DNA of 64,000 nucleotides from Jatrophihabitantaceae bacterium (GTDB lineage: Bacteria; Actinomycetota; Actinomycetes; Mycobacteriales; Jatrophihabitantaceae): NCBI GenBank assembly GCA_035263725.1, contig DATFRC010000054.1, positions 38 through 64,037 on the forward strand. Direction: 5' to 3'. Of this stretch, positions 17,581 to 28,723 are shown in pieces. Below the pieces are notes generated by a model. That model worked only from the letters and a program-made list of their open reading frames with translations, did no database searches and was not told where the DNA came from. Position 1 is the stretch's first letter; every line of letters starts with the position of its first letter. Made by a program: the position numbers and the translations under genes.

Positions 17581-20424
17581 ATGACGAGCGCCGACGAGAC
17601 CCCTCCGTTCCGGTACGACGCCGAGCTGGCGCACCGGATCGAGACTTCGTGGCAGGATCGCTGGGCTGCCGAGGGCACGTTCTACACGCCCAATCCGGAG
17701 GGTGATCTGAGCGCCGGCTTCGACAAGGTTGCCGCCCGCCCGCACGCGTTCGTGCTCGACATGTTCCCGTACCCGTCCGGAGCCGGGCTGCATGTCGGCC
17801 ACCCGCTGGGCTATATCGGCACCGACGTCTATACCCGCTACCTGCGCATGCGCGGGGAGAACGTCCTGTACACGATGGGCTTCGACGCGTTCGGGCTGCC
17901 CGCCGAGCAGTACGCTGTCCAGACCGGCCAGAACCCCCGCATTACGACGTACGCCAATATCGCCGAGTTCCGCCGGCAGCTGCGGCGCCTGGGGATGGGC
18001 CATGACACACGGCGCAGCGTTGCCACGACCGACCCCGACTACTACCGCTGGACGCAGTGGATCTTCTGCAAGATCTTCGATTCCTGGTACGACACGGAGC
18101 GCGACGCGGCACGGCCGATCGCGGAGCTGATCGCGGAGCTGGACGCCGACGCGCGCCACCCGGGTGCCGGAACGAACCCCTTCGGCAAGCCGTGGTCCGA
18201 GCTGACAAAGTTGCAGCGCCGCCAGGTGATCGACAACCACCGGCTGGTCTACCGGGCCGAGGCGGTTGTCAACTGGTGTCCCGGACTGGGCACGGTGCTG
18301 GCCGATGAGGAGGTCACGGCCGAGGGGCGCAGTGAACGGGGCAACTTCCCGGTGTTCCGCAAGCCACTGGCTCAGTGGATGATGCGCATCACCGCGTACG
18401 CCGACCGGCTGGTCCGCGACTTGGACCTGATCGACTGGCCGGACAACGTGCGCACCATGCAGCGCAACTGGATCGGCAAGTCGACAGGTGCACATATCGA
18501 CTTTGTGACGCCGGCCGGTGACATCGAGGTGTTCACCACCCGACCGGACACGATCTTCGGCGCCACGTACGTAGTGCTCGCGCCGGAACATCCGCTGGTC
18601 GACGCGTTGACCGCCGACGTATGGCCGGACGGCACCAAGCCCGCATGGACGGGTGACGGCGCTACGCCCGTCGACGCAGTGGCCGCCTATCGCAAGGCGA
18701 TCGCGGGACGTTCCGAGCTGGAACGCCAGGCTGGTGCGGCCAAGGAAAAGACCGGCGTGTTCACCGGGTCGTTCGCTACGAACCCGGCGACCGGTGCGCC
18801 GATCCCGGTGTTCATTGCCGATTACGTCCTGATGGGCTACGGCACCGGCGCGATCATGGCCGTCCCGGGGCAGGACGAGCGTGACTGGGAGTTCGCCGAG
18901 ACCTTCGAGCTGCCGATAGTGCGCACCGTGCGGCCGCCCGACGCGTTCGACGGCAACGCGTATCTGGGCGACGGACCGGCGATCAACTCCGGCTTCCTGA
19001 ACGGCAAAGACGTCGCCGACGCAAAGGCCGCGATTATCGCCTGGCTGGAGGAGTACGGCCATGGGCGCGCGGCGGTCATCTACCGGCTGCGCGACTGGCT
19101 GTTCTCCCGCCAGCGGTATTGGGGCGAGCCGTTCCCGATCGTGTACGACGAGCACGGCCTGCCCGTCCGGCTGCCGGATTCGATGCTGCCGTTGGAGCTG
19201 CCCGACACGAATGACTTCTCGCCCCGCACCTACGCGCCGGACGACGCCGACTCCGAGCCCGAACCGCCGCTGGGCCGGCTGACTGACTGGGTGAACGTCA
19301 CCCTGGACCTGGGCGACGGGCCGAAGCAATACCGCCGCGAGACGAACACGATGCCCAACTGGGCCGGCTCGTGCTGGTACGAGCTGCGGTACCTAGACCC
19401 CCACAACACCCACGTGCTGGTCGACCCCGAGATCGAGCGGTACTGGATGGGCCCGACCGGCGACCGGCCGGCCGGCGGGGTCGGCCTCTACGTAGGCGGC
19501 GTCGAGCACGCTGTCCTGCACCTGCTGTATGCGAGGTTCTGGCACAAGGTGCTCTTCGACCTTGGCTACCTGAGCAGCGCTGAGCCCTACCACCGGTTGA
19601 TCAACCAGGGTTACCTGCAGCTGCCTGCGTACACGAACGCTCAGGGCAGCTACGTCGAGGCCTCGCAGGTGGAGGAGTACGACGGCGGCTTCTACTATCA
19701 GGGCGAACAGGTCAACCGGGAGTTCGGCAAGATCGGCAAGAGCCTGAAGAACGTCATCACGCCGGATGAGTTCATCGCGGGCTACGGCTGTGACACGTTC
19801 CGGCTGTTCGAGATGTTCGGCGGCCCGTTAGAGCAGTCGCGGCCTTGGGAAACCAAGGCGATCGTCGGCCCGTACCGGCTGTTGCAGCGGGTGTGGCGCG
19901 TGATCGTCGACGAACAGACCGACGACGTCCACGTATCCGACGACACGGTGCCGGAAGACCTGAACCGCGTGCTGCACAAGACGATTCACGCGGTGCGCGA
20001 CGGATACGAGTCGCTGCGGTTCAACACGTCGATCGCCAGGATCACCGAACTGAACAACGCGATTATCGCCGCGTACCCCTCAGGCGGAGTGCCCCGAACC
20101 GTCGCCGAGCCGCTCGTGCTCATGCTGGCGCCGCTGGCCCCGCACATCGCCGAGGAGCTATGGTCGCGCCTGGGCTACACCGGGTCTCTGGCTTGGGAGC
20201 CGTTCCCGGAGGCTGACCCGACGCTGCTGGTCGACGACACCGTCGACGTCCCGGTACAGGTGAATGGCAAGGTGCGTGCAGTGATCACGGTGCCGGCCGA
20301 CTCCGACAACGCCGGATTGGAGTCGGCCGCTCGCGCAGACGCGAAGGTGATCGCCGCACTGGACGGTCGCGAGACGCGGCGGACGGTGATCGTGCCCGGG
20401 CGGCTGGTCAACTTCGTCGTTTGA
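17581..20424 (+). CDS. leuS: Leucyl-tRNA synthetase
   Basis: 947 aa. It has a HIGH-type motif ([10 protein letters not shown]) and a KMSKS-type motif ([10 protein letters not shown]). Confidence 0.95.
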   Translation: MTSADETPPFRYDAELAHRIETSWQDRWAAEGTFYTPNPEGDLSAGFDKVAARPHAFVLDMFPYPSGAGLHVGHPLGYIGTDVYTRYLRMRGENVLYTMGFDAFGLPAEQYAVQTGQNPRITTYANIAEFRRQLRRLGMGHDTRRSVATTDPDYYRWTQWIFCKIFDSWYDTERDAARPIAELIAELDADARHPGAGTNPFGKPWSELTKLQRRQVIDNHRLVYRAEAVVNWCPGLGTVLADEEVTAEGRSERGNFPVFRKPLAQWMMRITAYADRLVRDLDLIDWPDNVRTMQRNWIGKSTGAHIDFVTPAGDIEVFTTRPDTIFGATYVVLAPEHPLVDALTADVWPDGTKPAWTGDGATPVDAVAAYRKAIAGRSELERQAGAAKEKTGVFTGSFATNPATGAPIPVFIADYVLMGYGTGAIMAVPGQDERDWEFAETFELPIVRTVRPPDAFDGNAYLGDGPAINSGFLNGKDVADAKAAIIAWLEEYGHGRAAVIYRLRDWLFSRQRYWGEPFPIVYDEHGLPVRLPDSMLPLELPDTNDFSPRTYAPDDADSEPEPPLGRLTDWVNVTLDLGDGPKQYRRETNTMPNWAGSCWYELRYLDPHNTHVLVDPEIERYWMGPTGDRPAGGVGLYVGGVEHAVLHLLYARFWHKVLFDLGYLSSAEPYHRLINQGYLQLPAYTNAQGSYVEASQVEEYDGGFYYQGEQVNREFGKIGKSLKNVITPDEFIAGYGCDTFRLFEMFGGPLEQSRPWETKAIVGPYRLLQRVWRVIVDEQTDDVHVSDDTVPEDLNRVLHKTIHAVRDGYESLRFNTSIARITELNNAIIAAYPSGGVPRTVAEPLVLMLAPLAPHIAEELWSRLGYTGSLAWEPFPEADPTLLVDDTVDVPVQVNGKVRAVITVPADSDNAGLESAARADAKVIAALDGRETRRTVIVPGRLVNFVV

Positions 20425-21287
20425 TGACGGAGGTCTCGGTCGTAACCGACTCGACGGCATACTTGCCGCCGGGCGTCGCCGACGAGTACGGAGTGAGCAT
20501 CGTCCCGTTGCGGGTGACCATCGGCAGCCGAACCGGGACGGACGGCATCGACGTATCACCTGCTGATGTCACGCGGGCGCTGCGTGGACGCGTACCGGTC
20601 ACCACTTCACGACCCTCGCCGGCCGAGTTCGCGGCGGTGTACCGGCGGGTGCTCGACGGAGGCGCCAGCAACATCGTCTCCGTGCACCTGTCGGCCGCGC
20701 TGTCCGGGACATGGGAGTCGGCGGTGCTTGCGGCCCAGGATTTCGGGTACGGCGTCGTACGAGTGGTCGACTCCCGCTCGACGGCGATGGCGCTCGGCTT
20801 CGCAGTACTTGCCGCGGCTCGGAAGGCCCGGTCTGGTGCGACGGCGGCGGAAGTGCAGGACGCCGCGGTGTCCACGGTGGACAGCACCCGGACGTTCTTC
20901 TACGTCGATACGCTCGAGTACCTGCGCCGTGGCGGGCGTATCGGAGCCGGTGCCGCCCTGCTCGCCACGTCGCTGTCGGTCAAGCCGTTACTGCACGTGC
21001 TGGACGGGCAGATCGTCCCGCTGGAGAAGGTACGCACATCCTCGAAGGCGATCGCCCGCCTGGTACAGCTCACTGTCGCAGAGGCGCGCGATTACCCGGT
21101 AGACCTGGCGGTACACCACTTGGCCGCGCCGAGGCGCGCCGCCGAAGTGGCCGCGCAGCTGGTCGCCGAGATCCCGCGGGTCGGTGAGTTGCACACGTCC
21201 GAGGTCGGCGCGGTGATCGGCGCGCACATCGGCCCTGGTGTGCTCGGCACCGTAGTGGTGCGCCGCCGAGGCGCTTCGGACGGGTGA
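20424..21287 (+). CDS. DegV family fatty-acid-binding protein
   Basis: Contains VVTDSTAYLPP...VPL.V. ATG 20424 overlaps the leuS TGA (TGATG). Confidence 0.85.
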   Translation: MTEVSVVTDSTAYLPPGVADEYGVSIVPLRVTIGSRTGTDGIDVSPADVTRALRGRVPVTTSRPSPAEFAAVYRRVLDGGASNIVSVHLSAALSGTWESAVLAAQDFGYGVVRVVDSRSTAMALGFAVLAAARKARSGATAAEVQDAAVSTVDSTRTFFYVDTLEYLRRGGRIGAGAALLATSLSVKPLLHVLDGQIVPLEKVRTSSKAIARLVQLTVAEARDYPVDLAVHHLAAPRRAAEVAAQLVAEIPRVGELHTSEVGAVIGAHIGPGVLGTVVVRRRGASDG

Positions 21288-21564
21288 TCTGGCCAAGCTA
21301 GGCGGGCGCGTAGCGCTCCTGTGCGGAGCATAGCGACGTATCGGCCTGGTGGACGGTTCGTCATCCACAGGCAGGCTGTTCGTCCACAGTCTCGTGAGAC
21401 GCAGCCCGCGCCTGGCGGTTGATCCGTAGCGTCGTCGTGTGCGTGAAGGTCGGCGGCCGCAGCGTGGTGAGCGCGCCCGAGTGGCACGAAGGGTGCGCGC
21501 GCTGCTCGCCGAGTCGGGCGCGGTCGGCGCGCCGGCGTTCGCGTTGGACCGAGAGGAGGACGCC

Positions 21565-22317
21565 ATGGAGCCCGATGACCGGCTAGTGCCGCGGCGCCCT
21601 CCGTCAGCGGCTGAGGAGGGACCCCAGGTCGGGCGAGACACCTCGCCGGGCGTGTCGCCCGGGCAGCATGCCCTGCGCACGCAGGGCCTCGCCGGGTGGC
21701 TGGAGCGGCACGGCGTCCGGACCGAGGCGGGTCGACGGTCGGCGCTCGCAATCGGTGTTGCGGCGCTGGCGGCGGTCCTGGCTGGTTGGTGGCTGCTGGC
21801 CGGACGACAGCACGCGAGCACGGAGCCGAGTTCGCAGGCGCTTCCGCTTGCCGCCCCGGCGACGTCCGCGAGCTCGCATGCCACCGCACGGGTGGTGGTC
21901 GACGTCGTCGGGAGGGTGCGTCGCCCGGGCGTGTATCGGCTGCCTGGCGGATCACGCGTCGGCGACGCGCTGACAGCGGCAGGAGGCGCTCTCCCGGGCG
22001 TTGATCTCAGTCAGCTGAACCTGGCCAGCAAACTCGCGGACGGCCAGCAGGTCGCGGTCGGTGTGCCCGGGGCCGCCAGTGCGGTCGGTGTGCCCGGTAC
22101 CGGGGCGGCATCGGGCGCGGCATCGGCGCCGATCGATCTCAACACCGCGACGGTCCAACAACTGGACGCGTTGCCCGGCGTTGGGCCGGTACTGGCCCAG
22201 CGCATCGTTGACTGGCGCACCCAGCACGGGCGCTTCGAGTCGGTCGATCAATTGCAGGAGGTGAGTGGCATCGGACCGAGCCGCCTCGCCGACTTGCGGC
22301 CACTGGTGACGGTGTGA
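21565..22317 (+). CDS. comEA: ComEA family DNA-binding protein (TM anchor, SLBB and helix-hairpin-helix domains)
   Basis: The C-terminus reads IDLNTATVQQLDALPGVGPVLAQRIVDWR...FESVDQLQEVSGIGPSRL. A GAGAGGAGGA Shine-Dalgarno sequence precedes ATG 21565. An alternative GTG is at 21439. Confidence 0.8.
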   Translation: MEPDDRLVPRRPPSAAEEGPQVGRDTSPGVSPGQHALRTQGLAGWLERHGVRTEAGRRSALAIGVAALAAVLAGWWLLAGRQHASTEPSSQALPLAAPATSASSHATARVVVDVVGRVRRPGVYRLPGGSRVGDALTAAGGALPGVDLSQLNLASKLADGQQVAVGVPGAASAVGVPGTGAASGAASAPIDLNTATVQQLDALPGVGPVLAQRIVDWRTQHGRFESVDQLQEVSGIGPSRLADLRPLVTV

Positions 22318-22387
22318 TCACGCTGTGGGCAGAACCCTCCGGCATGCGCCCGCGATCGTCGTCGTGCCGGCGTGCCACGATGGGCGC

Positions 22388-23392
22388 GTGGCGGAAACCG
22401 CGCTCGACGACATCGACTTCGATGGAACGATTCCGGGGGTTGTGCTGCTCGTTGGCGACGACGAATTCCTGGCCGCTCGTGCCGTCGACCAGGTCACCGC
22501 CGCGGCGCGACGGGCCGACCCCGACATCGACGTGGTCGAGCGAACGGGCACCGACGTGGGTGCTGCCGAGCTGGCCGAGATGGTCAGTCCGTCACTTTTC
22601 GGGGGACGCCGGCTCGTCGTGATCGCTGACGTGCAGGACCTGAGGGTGCCGGTAGTAGAGCAACTGGTGCGCGTGATCCGCAGCGGGGCCGACGACCTGT
22701 GTCTGGTGCTACAGCACACCGGCGGCGCCAAGGGCAAGGCGGTGCTCACCGCCGGTCGTGACGTGCAGGCCACCGAGATCTCATGTGCCCGACTTACCAG
22801 GCCGGACGAGCGGCTGGCCTTCGTGCGTAACGAGGTACGTCGGTCCAGCGGTTCGATCACGCCCGACGCGACGGCGCTGTTGCTCGACGCCGTCGGCAGC
22901 GATCTGCGTGAGCTGTCGACAGCGGCAGGTCAGCTGGTCGGCGATACCGGCGGCCGTATCGATGCCGCGGCGGTGACGGCGTACCACCGCGGCCGCGCCG
23001 AGGTGTCCGGCTTCGCGGTAGCCGACCGCGCTGTGCTCGGCGATGTTCCCGGCGCGCTGGAGACGCTGCGCTGGGCGCTGTCGATCGGCGTGCCCCATGT
23101 CGTGATCGCCGATGCGCTGGCCGATGGGATACGCACTGTCGCACGGGTGACGGCGGCGGGGCGCGGTAACCCGTACCAGCTCGCGCAACGGCTGGCCATG
23201 CCGCCCTGGAAGGTGAAGCGGGCGCTCAGCCAGGCGCGTGGCTGGAGCGATCCAGGGCTCCGGCACGCGCTCGAGGTGGTCGCAGAGCTGAACGCCGACG
23301 TGAAGGGTGTTGCGGTCGATCCCGGGTACGCGCTGGAACGTGCGATCGCGCGGCTACGCGACGCGCGAGCCGCGGACACGCGGCGCGGCTAG
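22388..23392 (+). CDS. holA: DNA polymerase III delta subunit
   Basis: N-terminal block VVLLVGDDEFLAARAV...SPSLFGGRRLVVI. It sits between comEA and rpsT. The start is uncertain (GTG 22388 or 22325). Confidence 0.8.
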   Translation: MAETALDDIDFDGTIPGVVLLVGDDEFLAARAVDQVTAAARRADPDIDVVERTGTDVGAAELAEMVSPSLFGGRRLVVIADVQDLRVPVVEQLVRVIRSGADDLCLVLQHTGGAKGKAVLTAGRDVQATEISCARLTRPDERLAFVRNEVRRSSGSITPDATALLLDAVGSDLRELSTAAGQLVGDTGGRIDAAAVTAYHRGRAEVSGFAVADRAVLGDVPGALETLRWALSIGVPHVVIADALADGIRTVARVTAAGRGNPYQLAQRLAMPPWKVKRALSQARGWSDPGLRHALEVVAELNADVKGVAVDPGYALERAIARLRDARAADTRRG

Positions 23393-23476
23393 CTCCGCGG
23401 TGCGCGCCGCTGGCCGCCGGGGCTGCAAAGGACCCGACGTGGGGCTTGCCGGGTCCGTGACTCTCGCCGAGTGTGA

Positions 23477-23737
23477 CTAAAGCGCGTTGGCGCGGTGCGC
23501 CATTGCGGACTTCTTGTTGGCAGCCTGGTTGGCGTGGATGACGCCGTCGGCGACCGCCTTGTCGAGCTGCCGCGCGGCGTGGCGCATCGCTGCTTGCGCC
23601 GTCTCGCGGTCGCCGGCGTCGGCGGCCTCGCGGAAGCGGCGGATTGCCGTCTTGAGCGACGACTTGGCGCTCTTGTTGCGCAGCCGCGCCTTCTCGTTCG
23701 TCCGGATCCGCTTGATCTGGGACTTGATGTTCGCCAC
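23477..23737 (-). CDS. rpsT: 30S ribosomal protein S20
   Basis: Begins [23 protein letters not shown]. Confidence 0.95.
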   Translation of the reverse strand: MANIKSQIKRIRTNEKARLRNKSAKSSLKTAIRRFREAADAGDRETAQAAMRHAARQLDKAVADGVIHANQAANKKSAMAHRANAL

Positions 23738-23907
23738 GAAGGAAGCCTCGAAATTGTCAGGTACGGGTGGGGCCGCCCGCAGGCCTCGCCGACCAGGCGA
23801 TACCCGTACACCAAGGGCGTGCGGACAGCCCTGTCAGATTACCAAGGACGCCGGAGCGTGCCCAAATCCGGGCGTGCCCGCTCAGCACTCATCGACGGCG
23901 ACCGAGG

Positions 23908-24285
23908 TCAACTGCCGCGTACCGTGACGAGTTCGAACTTGGTGTACAGGTAGGTGCGCACTCCGTCCTCGCTGCTCGTCAGTTCGGTGATCGGTACGTC
24001 GTCGCCGCTCTCGGCGGACACGGCCAGTGCCACACCGTCGAGGAAGTACACGTTCGAGTCGACCGGGGCGATGTCGGTGAGCTGCACCACGACGTAGCGC
24101 CCGGCCAGCGACTTGACGAGCGTTCGCACGTCGGGCGCCGCGTCGTGCAGCGTCGACGGTGACGGGTACACGGCCAGCACCTGCTGCCAGTCGTCGTCGC
24201 CGCCCGGCGAAGTGTTGACCAGGTCGCCGGCACGCAAATCGGCGGCAGCCACGCGATACTCGACGATGGCGCGCTGATCGGTCAT
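23908..24285 (-). CDS. Conserved hypothetical protein (125 aa)
   Basis: An intact ORF with good GC3 codon usage in the rpsT-lepA gap. I recognise no motif. Confidence 0.55.
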   Translation of the reverse strand: MTDQRAIVEYRVAAADLRAGDLVNTSPGGDDDWQQVLAVYPSPSTLHDAAPDVRTLVKSLAGRYVVVQLTDIAPVDSNVYFLDGVALAVSAESGDDVPITELTSSEDGVRTYLYTKFELVTVRGS

Positions 24286-24470
24286 GCCTGGGCTCGCTTG
24301 CGTGCCGCGACGGACGCGAAGCCCCGGACGACGGGCGCTACATCGGTTCTCATGCCGCCATCTTGGCGGACGCGCCGGTCACGAACACAGCCGGGCGGGC
24401 AACCGGCCGGGCAGACCGGCGCCACGTGCGACCATGGATCGCGTTCTGACAAGACGATTGAAAGCAGCCC

Positions 24471-26294
24471 GTGACCCAGACTGCCGCAGGCCGGACCGAC
24501 CCGGCACGCATTCGCAACTTCTGCATCATCGCGCACATCGACCACGGCAAGTCGACGCTGGCCGACCGGATGTTGCAGCTGACCGGTGTCGTCGACCCGC
24601 GGCAGATGCGCGCGCAATACCTCGACCGAATGGACATCGAGCGCGAGCGCGGCATCACGATAAAGGCGCAGAACGTCCGTATGCCCTGGCGGGACTACGT
24701 CGTGGACATGATCGACACCCCCGGGCACGTCGATTTCACCTATGAGGTGTCACGCAGCCTCGCCGCGTGCGAGGGCGCCGTGCTGCTCGTCGACGCGGCG
24801 CAGGGGATCGAGGCGCAGACGCTCGCCAATCTGTACCTGGCACTCGAGAACGACCTGCACATCATCCCGGTACTCAACAAGATCGACCTACCGGCCGCGC
24901 AGCCGGACCTGTACGCACAGGAGATTGCGCACATCATCGGCTGTGATCCGGACGACGTGCTGCGGGTCAGCGCAAAAACTGGTGAGGGCGTCCCCGAGCT
25001 GCTCGACGTGATCTGCCGCGATGTGCCGGCACCGACGGGGGATCAGGACGCACCGCCGCGGGCGTTGATCTTCGACTCCGTATACGACATCTACCGCGGC
25101 GTCATCACCTATATCCGCGTTGTGGACGGGCACATCTCACCGCGCGAGCGGATCAAGATGATGTCCACGGGCGCCACGCACGAGCTACTCGAAGTCGGCG
25201 TGATTTCACCCGAGCCGAAACCGACGAACGGGCTCGGCGTCGGGGAGGTCGGCTACCTGATCACCGGCGTGAAGGACGTGCGGCAGTCACGCGTCGGCGA
25301 TACCGTCACCGACGCCGGCAAGCCGGCGGCGCAGTCGCTCGGCGGGTATCAGGATCCGAAGCCGATGGTGTACTCCGGGCTCTATCCCTTGGACGGCTCG
25401 GACTACCCACTGCTGCGAGATGCTCTCGACAGGTTGCGCCTCAACGACGCCGCCCTCGTGTACGACCCGGAATCGAGTGCTGCGCTGGGCTTCGGATTCC
25501 GGTGCGGCTTCCTGGGTCTGCTGCACCTGGAGATCACTCGCGACCGGCTCGAGCGGGAGTTCGACCTCGACCTGATCTCGACGGCACCGAATGTCGTGTA
25601 CCGGGTGGTGCTCGAGGACGGCACCGAGCATGTCGTCACGAACCCGTCGGATTGGCCAACCGGCAAGAAGATCGCTGAAGTATACGAGCCGATTGTCAAC
25701 GCGATGATCATCGCCCCGAGCGAGTACATCGGCGCGATCATGGAGCTGTGCCAGTCGCGCCGCGGAACCCTGAAAGGCATGGACTACCTGTCCGAGACGC
25801 GCGTCGAGCTGCGTTACACGCTGCCGCTGGCCGAGATCATCTTCGACTTCTTCGACGCGCTCAAGTCCCGTACCCGGGGGTATGCCAGCCTCGACTACGA
25901 GGCGGCAGGGGAGCAGACCGCGGATCTTGTCAAGGTCGACATCCTGTTGCAGGGCGAGACGGTCGATGCGTTCAGCGCCATCGTCCACAAGGACAAGGCC
26001 TACGGATACGGCACCGCGATGACGGCCAAGCTGCGCGAGCTGATACCCCGGCAGCAGTTCGAGGTGCCGATTCAGGCGGCAGTCGGTAGCCGGGTGATCG
26101 CCCGGGAGAACATCCGCGCGTTGCGCAAAGACGTACTGGCCAAGTGCTACGGCGGCGACATCACCCGCAAGCGCAAGCTGCTCGAGAAGCAGAAGGAAGG
26201 CAAGAAGCGGATGAAGGTGGTGGGCCGCGTCGAGGTGCCGCAGGAGGCGTTCATCGCGGCGCTATCCACCGGGGACGCAACCGACAAGCGCTGA
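24471..26294 (+). CDS. lepA: Elongation factor 4 (LepA)
   Basis: Contains [28 protein letters not shown], and the LepA C-terminal domain. Confidence 0.95.
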   Translation: MTQTAAGRTDPARIRNFCIIAHIDHGKSTLADRMLQLTGVVDPRQMRAQYLDRMDIERERGITIKAQNVRMPWRDYVVDMIDTPGHVDFTYEVSRSLAACEGAVLLVDAAQGIEAQTLANLYLALENDLHIIPVLNKIDLPAAQPDLYAQEIAHIIGCDPDDVLRVSAKTGEGVPELLDVICRDVPAPTGDQDAPPRALIFDSVYDIYRGVITYIRVVDGHISPRERIKMMSTGATHELLEVGVISPEPKPTNGLGVGEVGYLITGVKDVRQSRVGDTVTDAGKPAAQSLGGYQDPKPMVYSGLYPLDGSDYPLLRDALDRLRLNDAALVYDPESSAALGFGFRCGFLGLLHLEITRDRLEREFDLDLISTAPNVVYRVVLEDGTEHVVTNPSDWPTGKKIAEVYEPIVNAMIIAPSEYIGAIMELCQSRRGTLKGMDYLSETRVELRYTLPLAEIIFDFFDALKSRTRGYASLDYEAAGEQTADLVKVDILLQGETVDAFSAIVHKDKAYGYGTAMTAKLRELIPRQQFEVPIQAAVGSRVIARENIRALRKDVLAKCYGGDITRKRKLLEKQKEGKKRMKVVGRVEVPQEAFIAALSTGDATDKR

Positions 26295-26471
26295 TTGCTG
26301 CATGTCTTCGCCGCACCGTCGTTTGAATACCGTCACGGAGCGTGATCGGGCATGTGCGGTGGTACGCGCCAGTATGGGCCGGTAGTTGCTGGGCGCGCAG
26401 CGTTCCCGTAACCTTTGCGCGACCTTCCGGCCCCATGACCCTCATACGGAGAGTCACCGGATAGTCACCGC

Positions 26472-26656
26472 CGAATCGCCTCAGCGTCGCAGCTCTGATT
26501 GGGAGGCAGACAACTCGGCGCTGGTGAACCGGGGACCCACGAGTTCCTTGGGGTGAATCGGTACGGGGACACACCGCGTAGTGGTCGTGGTGGGCTCCCG
26601 CGCCGTAGGGCGTCTTCCGGCCCGAACCCGTCAGCTAACTCGGTAGGCGGTACGAG
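26472..26656 (+). promoter_or_regulatory. Cyclic-di-AMP riboswitch (ydaO/yuaA class)
   Basis: By-eye match to the ydaO consensus blocks: GAAUCGC..., CGGGGACCCA, UUGGGGUGAAUC, GUAGGG, CCCGAACCCGUCAGCUAACUCGGUAGGCG. It sits directly upstream of a cell-wall hydrolase gene, a known context in Actinobacteria. Confidence 0.85.
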
Positions 26657-26678
26657 GAAGAACGGAGTTCCGCCTGCC

Positions 26679-27776
26679 GTGGCGTTGAGCCGGATCCCCA
26701 GCCGTGTTCGATCGCTTCTTGCCGGTGCTGCATTAGCCGCCCTGATCGGGGCCGGCGCCGTCGTGCTGCCTCATGTTGCGAGCGCGACGCCGGGGCAGCC
26801 AACCATCCCAGAAGTGACCGCCAAACTCGACAAGCTCGCCCACCAGAACGACGTGCTGGACGAGCAGTACAACCAGGCCGCCATCGACGTGAAGGCACGA
26901 CAGAAGGCCGCCGACGCCGCGCAGCGCGAGGCGCTGAAGGCTGCAGCCGACTTCGACAGGGCACGTGCCCTGCTTCGGCAGACTGTCACCCGCGAGTACG
27001 AGGCGCCCTCGTTCAGCACCACCGGCGCGCTGCTCAACAGCAGTGACGGGCAGACCTACCTCGACATGCTGAACATGCTGAGCCTGATCTCAACGCACCG
27101 CGCCGAGATCGTGCAGCAGATTGCCGCCCTGCATCAACGCGCTGAGGCCGCGCAGAAGACGGCGTCCAAGCTGCTTGAAGATGCGCAGGCGAAGGCCGCC
27201 GCGCTGGACAAGCAGCGCAAGCAACTCGAGGCCGAGACGACGAAGTTCAAAACCCTGCTTGCGACGCTGACCGCACAGCAACGAGCCGCGCTGGAGAGGC
27301 AGAAAGCCGCTGAGGCGGCCGCCGCGCGCGCAGCCATGGCCAAGGCCGCGGCGGCGCAAGCGGCGTCGTCCGCGCCCCAAGCCGCGCCACAAGCCGCACC
27401 GGCGCCGGCGGCGGGCTCGTCGAGCCGGGTGCAGCAAGTGGTCAATTACGCCATCGCCCAGGTGGGGAAGGCCTATGTCTTCGCGGGCACCGGTCCTGAC
27501 GCATTCGACTGCTCCGGGCTCACCATGATGGCGTATGCGCAGGTGGGTGTGAGCCTGCCGCACGAGGCCTCGGCGCAGTACAACTACGGAACGCACGTGA
27601 GCTCCAGCGATCTGCAGCCGGGCGACCTGGTGTTCCTGTACTCGCCGATCTCGCACGTCGAGGTCATGGTCGGCCCTGATCTGGCCGTCTCCGCCGCGGA
27701 CCCGTCGCTGGGCGTGCGGTACGTGCATCCGTCCCAAGACATGCAGGACTACGCCGGCGCGACCCGGATCCTGTGA
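26679..27776 (+). CDS. Secreted NlpC/P60 (C40) peptidoglycan endopeptidase with an N-terminal coiled coil (RipA-like)
   Basis: Has a signal peptide after GTG 26679, a long coiled coil, and the catalytic block FDCSGLTMMAY...GDLVF. The ORF-track start at 26499 would read through the riboswitch. Confidence 0.85.
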   Translation: MALSRIPSRVRSLLAGAALAALIGAGAVVLPHVASATPGQPTIPEVTAKLDKLAHQNDVLDEQYNQAAIDVKARQKAADAAQREALKAAADFDRARALLRQTVTREYEAPSFSTTGALLNSSDGQTYLDMLNMLSLISTHRAEIVQQIAALHQRAEAAQKTASKLLEDAQAKAAALDKQRKQLEAETTKFKTLLATLTAQQRAALERQKAAEAAAARAAMAKAAAAQAASSAPQAAPQAAPAPAAGSSSRVQQVVNYAIAQVGKAYVFAGTGPDAFDCSGLTMMAYAQVGVSLPHEASAQYNYGTHVSSSDLQPGDLVFLYSPISHVEVMVGPDLAVSAADPSLGVRYVHPSQDMQDYAGATRIL

Positions 27777-27780
27777 TCGC

Positions 27781-28320
27781 TCAGGTGAGCGCGGCGTAAC
27801 CGACGTCGCCGCGACCGCCGACGAGGATGGTGGCCAGCGCGTCGACGTGTCCTTCGATCGGCCGGTAGCTTGCGCGCACCGTCGCCTCCACGCGACGCAG
27901 GAACGGCTTGGGAACACGGGTGGCCAAGGTGCAGTGCGGCACCCAGTGCTTCGGGTCGCTGCGGTCGCCGAACGCGCGGGGCCACCCGGCCGCCTGCAGC
28001 GCAGTGTCGGCGTCGTGCTGGAGCAATTGCAGCAGCGGGGACGCGGCCGGACCGAGCCAGATCACGCCGGCCCGCCCGAAGCGGCCGACCTCCGTCAAGC
28101 GGATCGCGATCGGCCGGTGCAATGCAGCCACCTCGGCGGCTGCGTCGAGCACCCGGGGTAGTTCGCCGCGTTCGAGCCGGGCGGCGGCCAGGCTGAAGTG
28201 CGGGCGATGCGGGGGCACGTCCGGCAACGCGACTCCCGCCGCCCGCACCGCCTCACGCGTCTCGAGGACCGCCTTGTCGGTGGCTGCGTCGAACGCGGCG
28301 CACACCACGGCGGTGATCAT
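27781..28320 (-). CDS. 2H phosphoesterase / 2'-5' RNA ligase (LigT-like) family protein
   Basis: Carries two HxS/T motifs (PHFSLAAA and PHCTLATR). It is 179 aa, and its start overlaps the NUDIX stop. Confidence 0.7.
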   Translation of the reverse strand: MITAVVCAAFDAATDKAVLETREAVRAAGVALPDVPPHRPHFSLAAARLERGELPRVLDAAAEVAALHRPIAIRLTEVGRFGRAGVIWLGPAASPLLQLLQHDADTALQAAGWPRAFGDRSDPKHWVPHCTLATRVPKPFLRRVEATVRASYRPIEGHVDALATILVGGRGDVGYAALT

Positions 28321-28721
28321 GGCGCGAGCAGCCGCGCGGCGTCGGCGGGTGACCAGTGCGTGATCGCGTCCCGGTAGCGGTCCGGCACCACGAGTCCCGC
28401 CAACGCGTCCGGGCTGAACAGCGCGACCTCGCTGTGCTCCGCGGACGCCGCGGGGACCTGGTCGGCGCGGGCCGCACACCCGTAGGCGAGCACGACGACC
28501 CGCTTGTGCGGGATGGCGTCGAACACGTAGGCGCCGAGGAGCGGCCCCACGACAGCGGAGAGCGATGTCTCTTCGTGGATCTCGCGGGTCAGGCCGTGCT
28601 CGAGCGACTCGTGCCGGTCGAGCCGCCCGCCGGGCAGCTCCCACTGGCCTCGGGAGTTGTGCGCGAGGACGACGCGCTCACCCACCCAGATGACCGCTTT
28701 CACCGAGACCGGCCAGCGCAT
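28317..28721 (-). CDS. NUDIX hydrolase
   Basis: Nudix box GGRLDRHESLEHGLTREIHEETSL. ATG 28721 lies 2 nt after the stop of the upstream gene. Confidence 0.85.
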   Translation of the reverse strand: MRWPVSVKAVIWVGERVVLAHNSRGQWELPGGRLDRHESLEHGLTREIHEETSLSAVVGPLLGAYVFDAIPHKRVVVLAYGCAARADQVPAASAEHSEVALFSPDALAGLVVPDRYRDAITHWSPADAARLLAP

Positions 28722-28723
28722 AC

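Noticed and set aside
26499-26678. The ORF-track start at 26499 for the NlpC/P60 gene.
   Set aside because: This segment is the c-di-AMP riboswitch aptamer. Its translation is low-complexity and precedes the signal peptide. GTG 26679 with an upstream GAGGAAG is the more plausible start.
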